Positions 10,627 through 19,739 are shown, counted from the first letter of the stretch. The stretch is 64,000 bases of DNA from an uncultured Gemmatimonadaceae bacterium (GCA_963829055.1 CAWHHI010000004.1:384001-448000); one strand, 5' to 3'. Numbers and translations are program-made. The notes: generated from the sequence alone by a model not told the origin.

Positions 10627-10986
10627 TCAGAGTCGCGCCGGGTCAGCCACGGTTCTTTCGCTCTGGACGTTCCCGGTGTTGAGCGTGCCGGCGGGCTCGA
10701 AGAGGATCACCTCGACTTCCTCGTCGGCAACCGGTCGGTGCTCGACCCCACGCGGGACGATGAGGAAGTCTCCAGCGTGCAGCTCGATCTCCCGGTCGCG
10801 GAGCTGCATGCGAAAGCGGCCGCGGTGCACGAGGAACATCTCGTCCTCGTGATCGTGGTGATGCCACACGAACTCACCAGCGAATTTCACGATCTTCACG
10901 TGCTGCCCGTTCAGCTCGCCGACGATCCTTGGCGACCAGTGCTCGGAGAACGAGGCGAACTTCGATGCAAGCGTGACTTTGTCCAT
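10627..10986 (-). CDS. Cupin domain protein
   Basis: WSPRIVGELNG..VK..GEFVWHHH..EDEMF, VPRGVEHRP. Confidence 0.92.
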   Translation of the reverse strand: MDKVTLASKFASFSEHWSPRIVGELNGQHVKIVKFAGEFVWHHHDHEDEMFLVHRGRFRMQLRDREIELHAGDFLIVPRGVEHRPVADEEVEVILFEPAGTLNTGNVQSERTVADPARL

Positions 10987-11059
10987 GCGTCTGATTTTGC
11001 GGATTGCGTTGCGTGCGCGCAAGCGGTCGGTTTGAATACGATGACACGCCTTTGCACCG

Positions 11060-11137
11060 CCCTCCGCGCCTGCCGGCGGCCCTCCCTCCGCCAGTCCTCC
11101 TTCCTCCTTCCGTCCCAGGGCCTCCTTGCTCAGGCCT
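11060..11137. repeat. CCTCCTT/GGCCTCC short-repeat tract
   Basis: cctccttcctccttcc...gggcctccttgctcaggcctc, directly 3' of the hom stop. Confidence 0.55.
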
Positions 11138-12135
11138 CACGTCGCCCCGATCACCTCGAGAAAATCCGCGAACATGCCATACGCCGTGGTGGTGAGATCC
11201 GGAGCCGCCGATGTCACCGTCAGACCACCCGGAAATACCTCCGCTTCGTAACGCGTGACCAGCGTCGAGCCCGAGACCGCGAGTGGGCTGCCGAGCGCCA
11301 CCTGCTCCGGCGCGACGCGCGCCAGGACTGCGGTGCCCTCCGCGCTCACGCGACCCACGAGCCGGAACGGCTGGCCTGCGCGGTGAGCGGCACGCACCGC
11401 GTCCGGATCCAGCGATCGCAGACCAACGCGGTCCACGTCAGGCGGGTGAAGCGCGTGCTCGAGAATCACGTTCGAGATCGCGCAGAGCTTCACGGCCGAG
11501 TCCCAGCCGTCCACGTCGTACGATGGATCCGCCTCCGCGATGCCTAACGCCTGCGCCTCGCGGATGCCGTCGTCGATCGAGGCGCCGCGCTCCACCGCTT
11601 CCAGCACCACGGTCGCCGTCGACGTGAATATGCCGCTCACCGCGCGGATCCCCGCCAGCGGCAGGCACCGGCGCACCAGCGAGAACACCGGAGTGCCGTC
11701 CATCACCGCCGCCTCGAATCGATACTGCCGCGCGTGCAGCTCGGCGAGCGCGCTGAGCCGACGGTAGCCATGCACCACCGGACCCTTGTTCGCGGATACG
11801 GCGTGCACGCCGGCGCGAAGCACCTCGCTCAGATAGTCGAGCGCCGGTTGGCCCGTGTGTGGGTCGAGCGCGATCGTCTCGAACACGACGTCGGGGCGAG
11901 CCGTCAGGAGCCAGTCACCGATGTCGTAGCACGTAGTGCCCGCCGGCCCCGGCCCGCCTGGCGTCAGGCCGTCATCACTGTCTGCTCGCCAGCCTAACGT
12001 CCGCGTCGCGACGCCGGTGATCCGGCACGTGACCCCGTATCGTACCGCCAGCTCGGTTCTTCTGGATTCGAGCAGCCGAACCAGCGCTTTCGCGACGTTG
12101 CCGTACCCGAGAAACGCGACGGCGTAGCTGCGCAC
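11137..12135 (-). CDS. hom: Homoserine dehydrogenase
   Basis: GYGNV Rossmann motif, SANKGP, FEAAVMDGTP, AQALGIAEADPSYDVDGWDSAVK. Confidence 0.9.
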   Translation of the reverse strand: MRSYAVAFLGYGNVAKALVRLLESRRTELAVRYGVTCRITGVATRTLGWRADSDDGLTPGGPGPAGTTCYDIGDWLLTARPDVVFETIALDPHTGQPALDYLSEVLRAGVHAVSANKGPVVHGYRRLSALAELHARQYRFEAAVMDGTPVFSLVRRCLPLAGIRAVSGIFTSTATVVLEAVERGASIDDGIREAQALGIAEADPSYDVDGWDSAVKLCAISNVILEHALHPPDVDRVGLRSLDPDAVRAAHRAGQPFRLVGRVSAEGTAVLARVAPEQVALGSPLAVSGSTLVTRYEAEVFPGGLTVTSAAPDLTTTAYGMFADFLEVIGAT

Positions 12136-12149
12136 GCGGGCGGCGGCCC

Positions 12150-12554
12150 TCAGCGTCCCCGCACGATGCGTGACGGCATCGTGCGGACGTCGCGTGCCTG
12201 ATACAGGCACACCGCGACGACGATCTGCGTGAGCGCGACCAGAACGCCAACGCCGAGCGAAACGCCGGCTGGCCGGCCTAACGCGGAGGCCTCCGGGCCG
12301 ACGAGCCGGGCGACGGCCACGATCGAATTCAGGAGCACGTAACCGCAGAGGAGTGCCGCGATGTACCACGTCTGCCGGTTCGGTCGCCCGAGCCGGAACG
12401 CGATGGCCGCCGCCAGCACCGCGGTGCCGATCCAGTGGACGAAGAGCACGGCGTTCGGGCCGCGCGGCGGCAGCCGGAGACCGAATGCGAGGACGACCGC
12501 AATCACCGCGTACACGGCCTCCGCATAACGGGCCGTGCGTAGCGCCGCGGGCAC
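12150..12554 (-). CDS. Small membrane protein (about 4 TM segments)
   Basis: Hydrophobic segments; GTG start 2 nt after the extended osmC stop. Confidence 0.65.
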   Translation of the reverse strand: MPAALRTARYAEAVYAVIAVVLAFGLRLPPRGPNAVLFVHWIGTAVLAAAIAFRLGRPNRQTWYIAALLCGYVLLNSIVAVARLVGPEASALGRPAGVSLGVGVLVALTQIVVAVCLYQARDVRTMPSRIVRGR

Positions 12555-12556
12555 CG

Positions 12557-13006
12557 TCAGGGCTCTACGGAAACTTCTACTTTCACGTCGGCGATCGCGA
12601 CCGCGATCGTTCCGAACAACGGTCACCGCCGCTTGAACCCTTCCACGAGCGCGGCGGCCTGCGCGGCGTCCGTTCCACCGACCGTGAAGCGGAGACGCAC
12701 CGTGTTGAACAGGGTGACGTCGGTTCGAGGCTGGTTGCCACGATCCACGGTGCCGGTGACGGTCAAGCCGACGCGCGTGATTGGCACGGACTGATCGCGC
12801 GCGATCACGTGCAGCAGTTCGACGCCACAGGCGGCGACGGCCGAGAGGAACAGTTCCGGAGGGGTCACTTCCTCGCCCGGACATCCGTTCTGCACCGGCC
12901 CGTCGACGATGAAGTGGTGGTCGCGCGCGCTGCACATCACGCGGCCGAACACGTCGGTCGAGCGAGCTCGGATCTCGTACTCGCGAATAGGCTGCGGAGC
13001 GGTCAC
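12557..13006 (-). CDS. OsmC/Ohr family protein, probable selenoprotein (in-frame UGA at 12623-12625)
   Basis: TPPELFLSAVAACG carries the first OsmC Cys. The second CP site reads KRR-UGA-PLFGT and continues 21 codons to TGA at 12557. Confidence 0.85.
12588..12615 (-). promoter_or_regulatory. Bacterial SECIS-like hairpin
   Basis: mRNA UCGG-AA-CGAUCGC-GGUC-GCGAUCG-CCGA; loop begins after a 20-nt spacer from UGA and starts with G. Confidence 0.75.
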
Positions 13007-13068
13007 GGAAGAGGCGTGGCGAGAAGGGTCAACCAGAACAACACGGCGAGCATGAGCAGTTGCTGCAT
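13003..13068 (-). CDS. 21-aa hydrophobic ORF, or frameshifted signal peptide of the OsmC protein
   Basis: MQQLLMLAVLFWLTLLATPLP*; its TGA overlaps the osmC GTG (GTGA). Confidence 0.45.
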   Translation of the reverse strand: MQQLLMLAVLFWLTLLATPLP

Positions 13069-13085
13069 ATCACGTGCATGTCACT

Positions 13086-13637
13086 CTAATCGAACTCGAA
13101 CTTCGGCGCGCCCTGCTCGGATGTGACACGGCCGGCCATGATCTGGGCGATGGCGAAGTTCTCCGACCGCACAGGCGACTGCGCGAGCCGCCGCAACATC
13201 ACGATCTGGCCCACGTGCGTGAACGCGTCGGCGACAGGACCCTGCAGCAGCTGTTCCGCGGACCCGCCTAACGGCCGATCGCCGGCGAGATAGTCGTCGA
13301 GGCGCCCGAGCGCAGCAAAGAAACGCGCGGACTCCTCGTCCCACGAGCCCGGCGTGGACACATGCCAGCGCTGCTGGCCTTCAGCGAGCGAGAGTGCCCA
13401 GTCGAGCAGATCGCCGAGATGCGCGAGGATCTGCAGGGGAGTGCGCGTCTTCTCGCTGGCGTGGAAGTCCGCGACCGCGGGCGATGCATTGCGAATGGCC
13501 TTCCCGCCGCGATAGGCGAGCGTCGCGAGCGCATGACGCAGCATGGCGCGCTTTCCCCGCGCGTGGGGCTCGTCGTCAGCCGGGCTGCTCACGGTGTGCA
13601 CCTCATCATATGGGTCAGCGGCTCGTGACTCGCCCAT
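13086..13637 (-). CDS. DinB-like protein (start uncertain)
   Basis: LRHALATLAYRGGK, RTPLQILAHLGDL, QGPVADAFTHVGQI.MLRR. Confidence 0.8.
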   Translation of the reverse strand: MGESRAADPYDEVHTVSSPADDEPHARGKRAMLRHALATLAYRGGKAIRNASPAVADFHASEKTRTPLQILAHLGDLLDWALSLAEGQQRWHVSTPGSWDEESARFFAALGRLDDYLAGDRPLGGSAEQLLQGPVADAFTHVGQIVMLRRLAQSPVRSENFAIAQIMAGRVTSEQGAPKFEFD

Positions 13638-13947
13638 GCCCGATGAGACGCGAGCCCTCGATCACATCGAATTCCGCGCCCGTCACGAGCTCGGAATGCG
13701 AGACGCCATTATCGGGCGGAAGGCGGATCGTCGCATTCGCCCCGGCGCCGGGATGGATCGGCTCGGACGGTCCAGCCACGAACTCGACGTTCAGAAGACG
13801 TCCCTGACCACCACGTACCCGGAACTGCGGTCGGTACGCTACGGGCCATTCGGAGCTGAGGTCGAGCGGGGTACGCCGACCGCCCTCATCGACGGGCAGC
13901 AGTTCGATCCAGATTTTCACATAGCGGACGGCGCCGTTGGTATTCAT
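13615..13947 (-). CDS. Stand-alone EF-Tu domain III-like protein
   Basis: L.VDEGGRRTP...YRPQF...IHPG...GAEFDVIEGSRLIGHGRV mirrors EF-Tu EGGRHTP/YRPQF/FAIREGGRTVGAG. Confidence 0.7.
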   Translation of the reverse strand: MNTNGAVRYVKIWIELLPVDEGGRRTPLDLSSEWPVAYRPQFRVRGGQGRLLNVEFVAGPSEPIHPGAGANATIRLPPDNGVSHSELVTGAEFDVIEGSRLIGHGRVTSR

Positions 13948-14011
13948 GCGCCGTTACCCTCGCTGTCGCGAGGGCTGCGGTCAAGTCCTGACGGCTGGAC
14001 TCGAGCCGGCC

Positions 14012-14164
14012 TTACCCGCCCCGCTTGAAGAATTGCACGGCACGCTCGTGCTTCTCGGCCGCCGCGCGCGACGTGAAGGTCCCGAGGTTCCGCCGCTTGC
14101 CCGTTTTCGGATCCTTCTTGCGCGAGTACAACCGGTAGCGACCGTCTTTCAGCTTTCGAATCAT
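14012..14164 (-). CDS. Small basic protein (50 aa)
   Basis: MIRKLKDGRYRLYSRKKDPKTGKRRNLGTFTSRAAAEKHERAVQFFKRGG. Confidence 0.8.
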   Translation of the reverse strand: MIRKLKDGRYRLYSRKKDPKTGKRRNLGTFTSRAAAEKHERAVQFFKRGG

Positions 14165-14171
14165 TGTCGAA

Positions 14172-14672
14172 TCATCGGCTGTGTGCGACGGGCGAGGGTG
14201 GCGAAGTCCGCGCCGCTGGCGCGCCGCGCGTGAACGCGATGTAGTCCGTAGGAACGGGTTCTCCGGCGCCATCGCGAATCACGAGTGCGACCTGCCCGCG
14301 GTGATACGCTCCGTGCAGCGCGACGTGCAGCAGGATGTCCTCGATCGTCGAGCGGAACGGCTGTCCGGCGCTGTTGCGGTAGTCGATCTCGCGCGCGAAG
14401 TCGTTTGGCGCCAACGACGTGAGGAGGGTGTCGAATGCCGCGGCGTTTCGTGCGGCGAGCGCCGCGCACGCATCGACCGACAGCGATGGCCAGACCGCGA
14501 CGTCCGACGGCCGGCCATCGATCCGCGCGAGCCACACCGCCTCGGCGCCCAGCACATGGGCGTAGATCGTGAGCGCTCTCTGCTCGGAGCCGGGTGATGC
14601 GCGCAGCGCGTCGAGCGCGGCGGCGTCGGCCCACTTCAGATGGTCGATGAGCTTGCGAATGTAGACGGTCAT
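14172..14672 (-). CDS. DinB family protein
   Basis: HLKWAD, AHVLGAE.VW, ILLHVALHGAYHRGQ, PTDYI. Confidence 0.9.
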   Translation of the reverse strand: MTVYIRKLIDHLKWADAAALDALRASPGSEQRALTIYAHVLGAEAVWLARIDGRPSDVAVWPSLSVDACAALAARNAAAFDTLLTSLAPNDFAREIDYRNSAGQPFRSTIEDILLHVALHGAYHRGQVALVIRDGAGEPVPTDYIAFTRGAPAARTSPPSPVAHSR

Positions 14673-14705
14673 GGCAAACGCAGAAAACGCGGACGCGACT
14701 CCAGC

Positions 14706-15071
14706 TCAGTGGGCGTCGCGGTGCACACTCTGTGGACTGAACGCCGGGGTGCACACCGCAACGTACTCAGCGCCACCAGGCTCGGGGCTGCTGTAGCGCA
14801 CCCATTCGCCGGGATGCGTCACGACAGCCTGGCCTGCTCGCACATCGATCGCGCCTCGCTCATGCTCGACGCGCAACAGTCCGCGCAACACGAGCGTGAT
14901 CTCCTCGAACTCCGGGCGTTGTCCCGGCTCGGTCCACCCTTCGGGCGACACCATGCGTGCGACGCTCACGCCCGCGTGACCGGAATTCACTCGTCCGGCG
15001 AACTCCTCGATCTGTTTCGGCTTGGTGCCCGCCGCCGCGATGACGGTCGGTTGCTCGATCAATCTGGGCAT
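14706..15071 (-). CDS. Cupin domain protein
   Basis: KPKQIEEF.GRVN, MVSPEGWTEPGQRPEFEE, GEWVRYSSP, PAFSP..VHRD. Confidence 0.88.
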   Translation of the reverse strand: MPRLIEQPTVIAAAGTKPKQIEEFAGRVNSGHAGVSVARMVSPEGWTEPGQRPEFEEITLVLRGLLRVEHERGAIDVRAGQAVVTHPGEWVRYSSPEPGGAEYVAVCTPAFSPQSVHRDAH

Positions 15072-15096
15072 TGCGCGGTCAGGCGGCTCTGGACAC

Positions 15097-15612
15097 TCAG
15101 TGGAGGTGGGCGAACAGCCACTCGACCACGCGTTCCGGATGCACGCCGTCGCGCTGCTCGCGCGCGAGCGGATGATCGAGCTGATCGGCGAGGACGAATG
15201 TCGGTATGATCGCTGGCCCCGACAACGTGATCTCGCCCGGGAGTCCGAGTGTGGACGAGTAGCACGTGAGCGCGTTCGCGAGCGTCGCTTCGAAGGGCGG
15301 CTCGTCGAATTGCGCGGAATCATCCCACAACTCGCGCGTGCGCGAGTATGCGGCTTCGCTCACCTCTGCCCAGACACCCCAGGCGCACGCTTCTTCCTCG
15401 CCTCGCACCGGCATCGGCAGGAGGACGCGAAGAAAGAACCGTTGGTCGGAATCGGCGCCGTCATGGAGACGGCACTCATCGTCACCGACGGTCGCGCGCG
15501 CGTCGCGTTCTTCCGGCGGCAGGTCGAGATAGGCGTCCGGGTAGGTGTAGCCCGGTTCCATCTCGCTCAGGTCGTGCTCGCCCCCGCACGTCCCGCATCG
15601 AACCTTGTCCAT
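15097..15612 (-). CDS. DUF2199-like protein
   Basis: C..CG..H, FFLRVLLPMPV, WGVWAEVS, HPLAREQRDG. Confidence 0.8.
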   Translation of the reverse strand: MDKVRCGTCGGEHDLSEMEPGYTYPDAYLDLPPEERDARATVGDDECRLHDGADSDQRFFLRVLLPMPVRGEEEACAWGVWAEVSEAAYSRTRELWDDSAQFDEPPFEATLANALTCYSSTLGLPGEITLSGPAIIPTFVLADQLDHPLAREQRDGVHPERVVEWLFAHLH

Positions 15613-15775
15613 GCGATTCCACCTCGTAGCTGCCCGGCCAGTCGACGAAGCGTCGTCGATCCTCTTGGCCGGGACTATGGGGGGTGGACCGGTCGATGTC
15701 CAGAAGAAAGATGTGCGGTCTTGCGCGGGTGTTGCGACATTTGCCGATTTCGAGCGCGGCGGGTACCGCGCGACG

Positions 15776-16032
15776 TTAGGCGATGGCGAGCGCGGCCAGA
15801 AATCCCGCGGGCAAATACGTCTGTTTGCCGGCTGACCCGCGCGGCCTATCCAGGGTCGCGACCTTGACTTCTCCGCGGCGCGCAACGGCGATCTCGTCGA
15901 GGATGGGCTCGATCAACCGACACGGCGGACACCACGTGGCCGGGAAGTCGACGAGCGTCAGTCCTTTCGACTGCTCGATTTCCCTGCGCGACTGTGCGTC
16001 AGTAACGGCGATGGCGGTGGCCAGGATGACAC
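15776..16032 (-). pseudogene. Truncated thioredoxin
   Basis: LVDFPATWCPPCRLIEPILDEIA..VKVATLD, then unrelated sequence; the cis-Pro C-terminal half was not found. Confidence 0.65.
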
Positions 16033-16212
16033 TCCCTCCGCGCCAGGTCATGGACCCGGCGCCCGATGGCGTTAGGCGAGCTGAAGCCATGGGGTGCGAG
16101 CAACGTCATCCGACCTGGGTCTGACGTCATCCGGCTATGTCAACACCGATCCAGTACGGCGATGCGGTCCTCGATGCGGTCGCGAAGGCGCGCACGATGT
16201 AGAGAACATCAA

Positions 16213-16657
16213 TTACTCCGACGCGACGCCCCGAATTTCTAAACGCAGTGACAGCCGCCGTTCGGCCAACCGTGCGAGCGTGTCCGGCGCGAGATCCGCC
16301 GCCCGATCGATGTCGTGCACGTACAACCCGCACACCACCACGACCTCGGCCCACCCCGCCAGCGATTCCCAGAGTGCCGGGTCGGCCGGCAGCCGTTCGA
16401 GCAGCGTATCGATGGCGTCTCCGAGCTCCCACTCCGGAGAGGCGGGGAGCGTGTAGCTCCAGATGCCCGTGCGCTGCGCGACGGGCACGCCGTCGAGATC
16501 GATCGCCTCTCCCTTCCGCGCGGCGCGTGTCGGGTTCGCGTTCAGCATGCGCGTGATGCGCTCCGGGTCGAGGTCGTCTCCGGTGACGCGCAGCTCGATC
16601 TCGAGCCGGTCGATGTCGCGGCCAGTCGGAGAGTCGTCGCCGGTTGGTTCGCGTCAC
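16213..16657 (-). CDS. DUF4279-like protein (5' frameshift likely)
   Basis: LRVTGDDLDPERITRML..PT..KGE..GIW pattern. Confidence 0.7.
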
Positions 16658-16689
16658 GCGGACACGGCATGCGCGGCGTCCGCGCCACG

Positions 16690-17194
16690 TCACGCGGTCT
16701 CGCACCTGCGAGAGATGGTGCTCGAGGTGCGCGACGTAGTCGCGCATGAGGTCATTGAGCGCCGCGGGCTCGTCGGCCGCATAGAGTTGCCAGCCGAGTT
16801 GATCCATGTTGTGGCGCGTGTGCTTGCGGTAGCGCACGTCGGCGGGCACGGCGTCCATAACGCGAACGAGGTGCCGGTTGTACGCCTGCCACAACGTGAC
16901 GATCTCGGCCCACGGCGCCGTCGCGTACCCTTGCAGGCGGACCCAATCGTCCTGCGCGTAGCCCGGGAACACGAGGTCGTCCTGGCTGTTCGCGCGCACG
17001 AAGCGCTGATGGTTGTTCGCCGCCGAGTCGATGAGATGGCCAATGATCTCCTTCGTGGACCATGCGCCGGGTTTCGGCCGCCACGTCACCGTCGCCTCAG
17101 GCAGTCCCTCGAGCCATGGCGTGGCGTCGTCGATGGTGCGTTCGAGGTCGCGAATGAAATCGGTGGTGGCGAGGTGCGCAGGATTCGTGGTCAT
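16690..17194 (-). CDS. DinB family protein (3' end uncertain)
   Basis: WSTKEIIGHLIDSAANNHQRFVRA, YAQDDWV, DYVAHLEHHL. Confidence 0.88.
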
Positions 17195-17223
17195 GGCATG
17201 GTGCACGGTAGAAGCGTCGGTGC

Positions 17224-17746
17224 CTAACGTGTAAGGCGCTCGTCGGGCGGAAATGGCAGCTCGAGCGTTCCGCCTGCCGGCACCGCGTCCAGCTGCGCGA
17301 ACAGCTCGGCGCGTCGCTGTCGGATGCGGGCGAGGTCGTCGTCGGTGAGGACAGGCGGCGGCGTTCGGAGGTTGTGGTCGCTGTAGTAGCCAGCGGCCTT
17401 GTCGTTGAACTCACGCAGCGGACCAGCGGGTGCCGCTCGCGCGCTCGGTGTCGAGGAAGCCGACGATGAGCTCCGCGGGGTCGGCGTCGTCGGGAATGCG
17501 TCCGCGCGGCCACGGTGCGCCGAAATCCGACAGGTTCCAGCCGTCCGCGACCATGCCGTAGAACGCACGGCGATAGCCGAGTACGGTCTCGACCGCGTAG
17601 TGCGTGAGGTCGTGTCGTGGGAAGAACAGTCCCTGCGCTCCCTGCTGCCGCTGCCACGTGACCGTTCCGTCCGCGCGCGTGCACGAGAGCGCGGCCGAGC
17701 CGTCGGCGTTCTTCTTGATGCGAATGGTTAGGCGTGGCCTGTTCAT
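17224..17746 (-). CDS. Hypothetical protein (frameshift near 17420)
   Basis: SCTRADGTVTW..FFPRHDLTHYAVE..AFYG..GW, with an HxxxH motif. Confidence 0.7.
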
Positions 17747-17832
17747 GGCGCGTCCGTTGGCGAGACGGGTGAACCTCGACTTCCAGGGAAAGAAAGCCGC
17801 TTTCACCCTGTTGGGACAGCGGACTACGGGCC

Positions 17833-17862
17833 AGAGGAAGGAGGCCTCAGGAAGGAGGGAAA
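17833..17862. repeat. GAGGAAG-GAGGCCT short-repeat tract
   Basis: gaggaaggaggcctcaggaaggaggga; same family as 48100-48132 and 55097-55210. Confidence 0.55.
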
Positions 17863-17899
17863 AGGCGCTGCTACCGCGACACTTTCGATTTCTTGCTCG

Positions 17900-18800
17900 T
17901 TGATCGGCCGCGTGACCTCGTATAGCGTTCACGCCATGAACCGGATCGCCCTTCTTCTCCAGACGCCCGCCGTGGCATTGCTGGCGCATGACCATCCAGC
18001 GGGCGCCGCGCACTGCGATCCGGACCATGAGATGGCGACGAAGGACTCGATCAGCTTCGTCGAGGCGGGCACGTTCGACGCGCACGTCAACGACGAACAC
18101 TGGCAGCTCGCGCCGGGCACGCTGTTCGTCGCGCGGCGTGGGATGGCGTACTCGTGTCGACACGCGGAGGAGGTCCCGAGTGACCGATGCTTGACGGTGG
18201 CATACACCGACGGCGCGGTCGAGGATCTCATGCGGGTCGACCTGCCGGCGCTCAGGCCGCCGCTCGCGCGCATGTCCGCGCGACGGCAGTATCTGCATCA
18301 TCGGATCCGGTCGTGCGCCGAGGGTGACGCGCTGCGGCTCGAGCTGTTGGCCGGCGCGCTGTTCGAGTCGCTGGCGTCCAACACGCAGTCAGGGCCGGCG
18401 CGTCTCGATGGGCGGGTGACGCCGCTCATGCGCCGGATCGACCGCGCGGTGGAGTTGATCGAGACGGATTTCGCGCGCGACCTGACGTTAGGCGATCTGG
18501 CGACTGCGGCGGGCTTGAGCCCGTACTACTTCGCCCGAGCGTTTCAGCGTTTCGTGGGCGTCCCGCCGCATCGCTACCTGACGGGCGTGCGTCTCCGCCA
18601 CGCGGCGCGACTCCTGGATCGAGGGCGCGGCGGTCACGTACACGTGCTACGAGGTGGGCTTTGGATCGCTGAGCCACTTCGTGACCGCCTTTCGTAGACG
18701 GTTTGGTGTGCTACCGTCCGCGGCGCGTCGCGGATCACCGATTCCGCCGCTGCGTGCGGGGCTGTCGGCTCCTACATGGGTGAAGCGATTGAAGGCGTAG
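17900..18800 (+). CDS. AraC family transcriptional regulator (frameshift near 18630)
   Basis: LGDLA.AAGLSPYYFARAF..GVPP..Y..RL; second HTH VGFGSLSHF..FR.RFG in a shifted frame. Confidence 0.9.
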
Positions 18801-18805
18801 AGTTG

Positions 18806-19146
18806 CGTCGCGCCGGGGCCGGTGGGGACTACGATTGGGCGGATCTGTACTGCGAAACTACCGGATACGGCTTTGCATTCCCGCATCGTCGCGCCGCGGT
18901 CGGTGGGAACTGCGATTTCGCGGATGACACGGAAGAAGCAGGATAGTGCGTTACGGCGAGCCGGCTCCTCTCGCCACGAGCCGGGAACTCTTGGGAACGG
19001 CCGCTCGGGACGCAGGAGTCTCCCGAGCGGCCGTTCCCATTAGTTCAGAGTCCGGCGATGAGCCAGCGTCGATGCAAAGCCGTATCCGGCCGTTTTCCGT
19101 GTCATCCGCCAGATCGTAGTTCCCACCGGCCGCGGCGCGATGATGC
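18806..19146. repeat. Composite element: three ~65-75 bp repeats (two direct, one inverted) around a 19-bp perfect hairpin
   Basis: Copies at 18806-18878, 18883-18946 and inverted 19072-19146; hairpin arms 18992-19010 and 19021-19039. Confidence 0.85.
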
Positions 19147-19281
19147 CTCGGACAGCAAGAACCCGAAAGTATTCGCCACTCCACTTCATAGGTTGTCGCG
19201 TGCCTGACGTGATCCGCGCTCGATCCGCTACACGTTAGGCAAAACAGCAATCAACCTTCTCGAACGTGGAGTGAACCTGCA

Positions 19282-19705
19282 ATGAATGATCTGCTCTTGA
19301 ATCGCTGGACCGAGATCGGCGACAAGATGGTCAAGCTCGCCGAGGAGTTCCCCGAAGATCGATACGATGCTCGCCCCGTGGCCGACATCCGTTCGTTCGC
19401 GGATCAGCTGCGTCACGTGGCGTTCTGGAATCGCTACGTGCAGAAGACGCTCCGTCGCGAGGAGGCCGACGGGCAGGCCAACGAGCTGCCGGCGAACGAG
19501 CTATCCGACGCAAGCCGAAGATCGTGAAGGTGCTGCGCTCGACGTTCGACGACGTCGCGAAGGAGTTCGGCGGGATGAACGGCAGCGCGAGCAGGCCGAC
19601 GCCGACACCATGGTGTCGTTCATCGAGCACGGCGGCGAGCACTACGGACAGCTCGTCGTGTACGCGCGCCTCGCCGGAGTCGTTCCGCCGGCGTCGCGGG
19701 CCTGA
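19282..19705 (+). CDS. DinB family protein (frameshifted)
   Basis: LAEEFPEDRY..RP..RSF..QLRHVA, IEH.GEHYGQLVVY.RL.GVVPP. Confidence 0.85.
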
Positions 19706-19739
19706 CGCCGCCGAGGAGCGCTGGCCGCCACGATCGGCG

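Noticed and set aside
16654..16656. In-frame TGA upstream of the DUF4279-like region as a second Sec codon
   Set aside because: Not at a Cys-type position, no clear SECIS, and better explained by an indel near a GTG start.
18806..19146. CRISPR array
   Set aside because: Units are about 75 bp, one is inverted, there are no spacers and no cas genes in the window.
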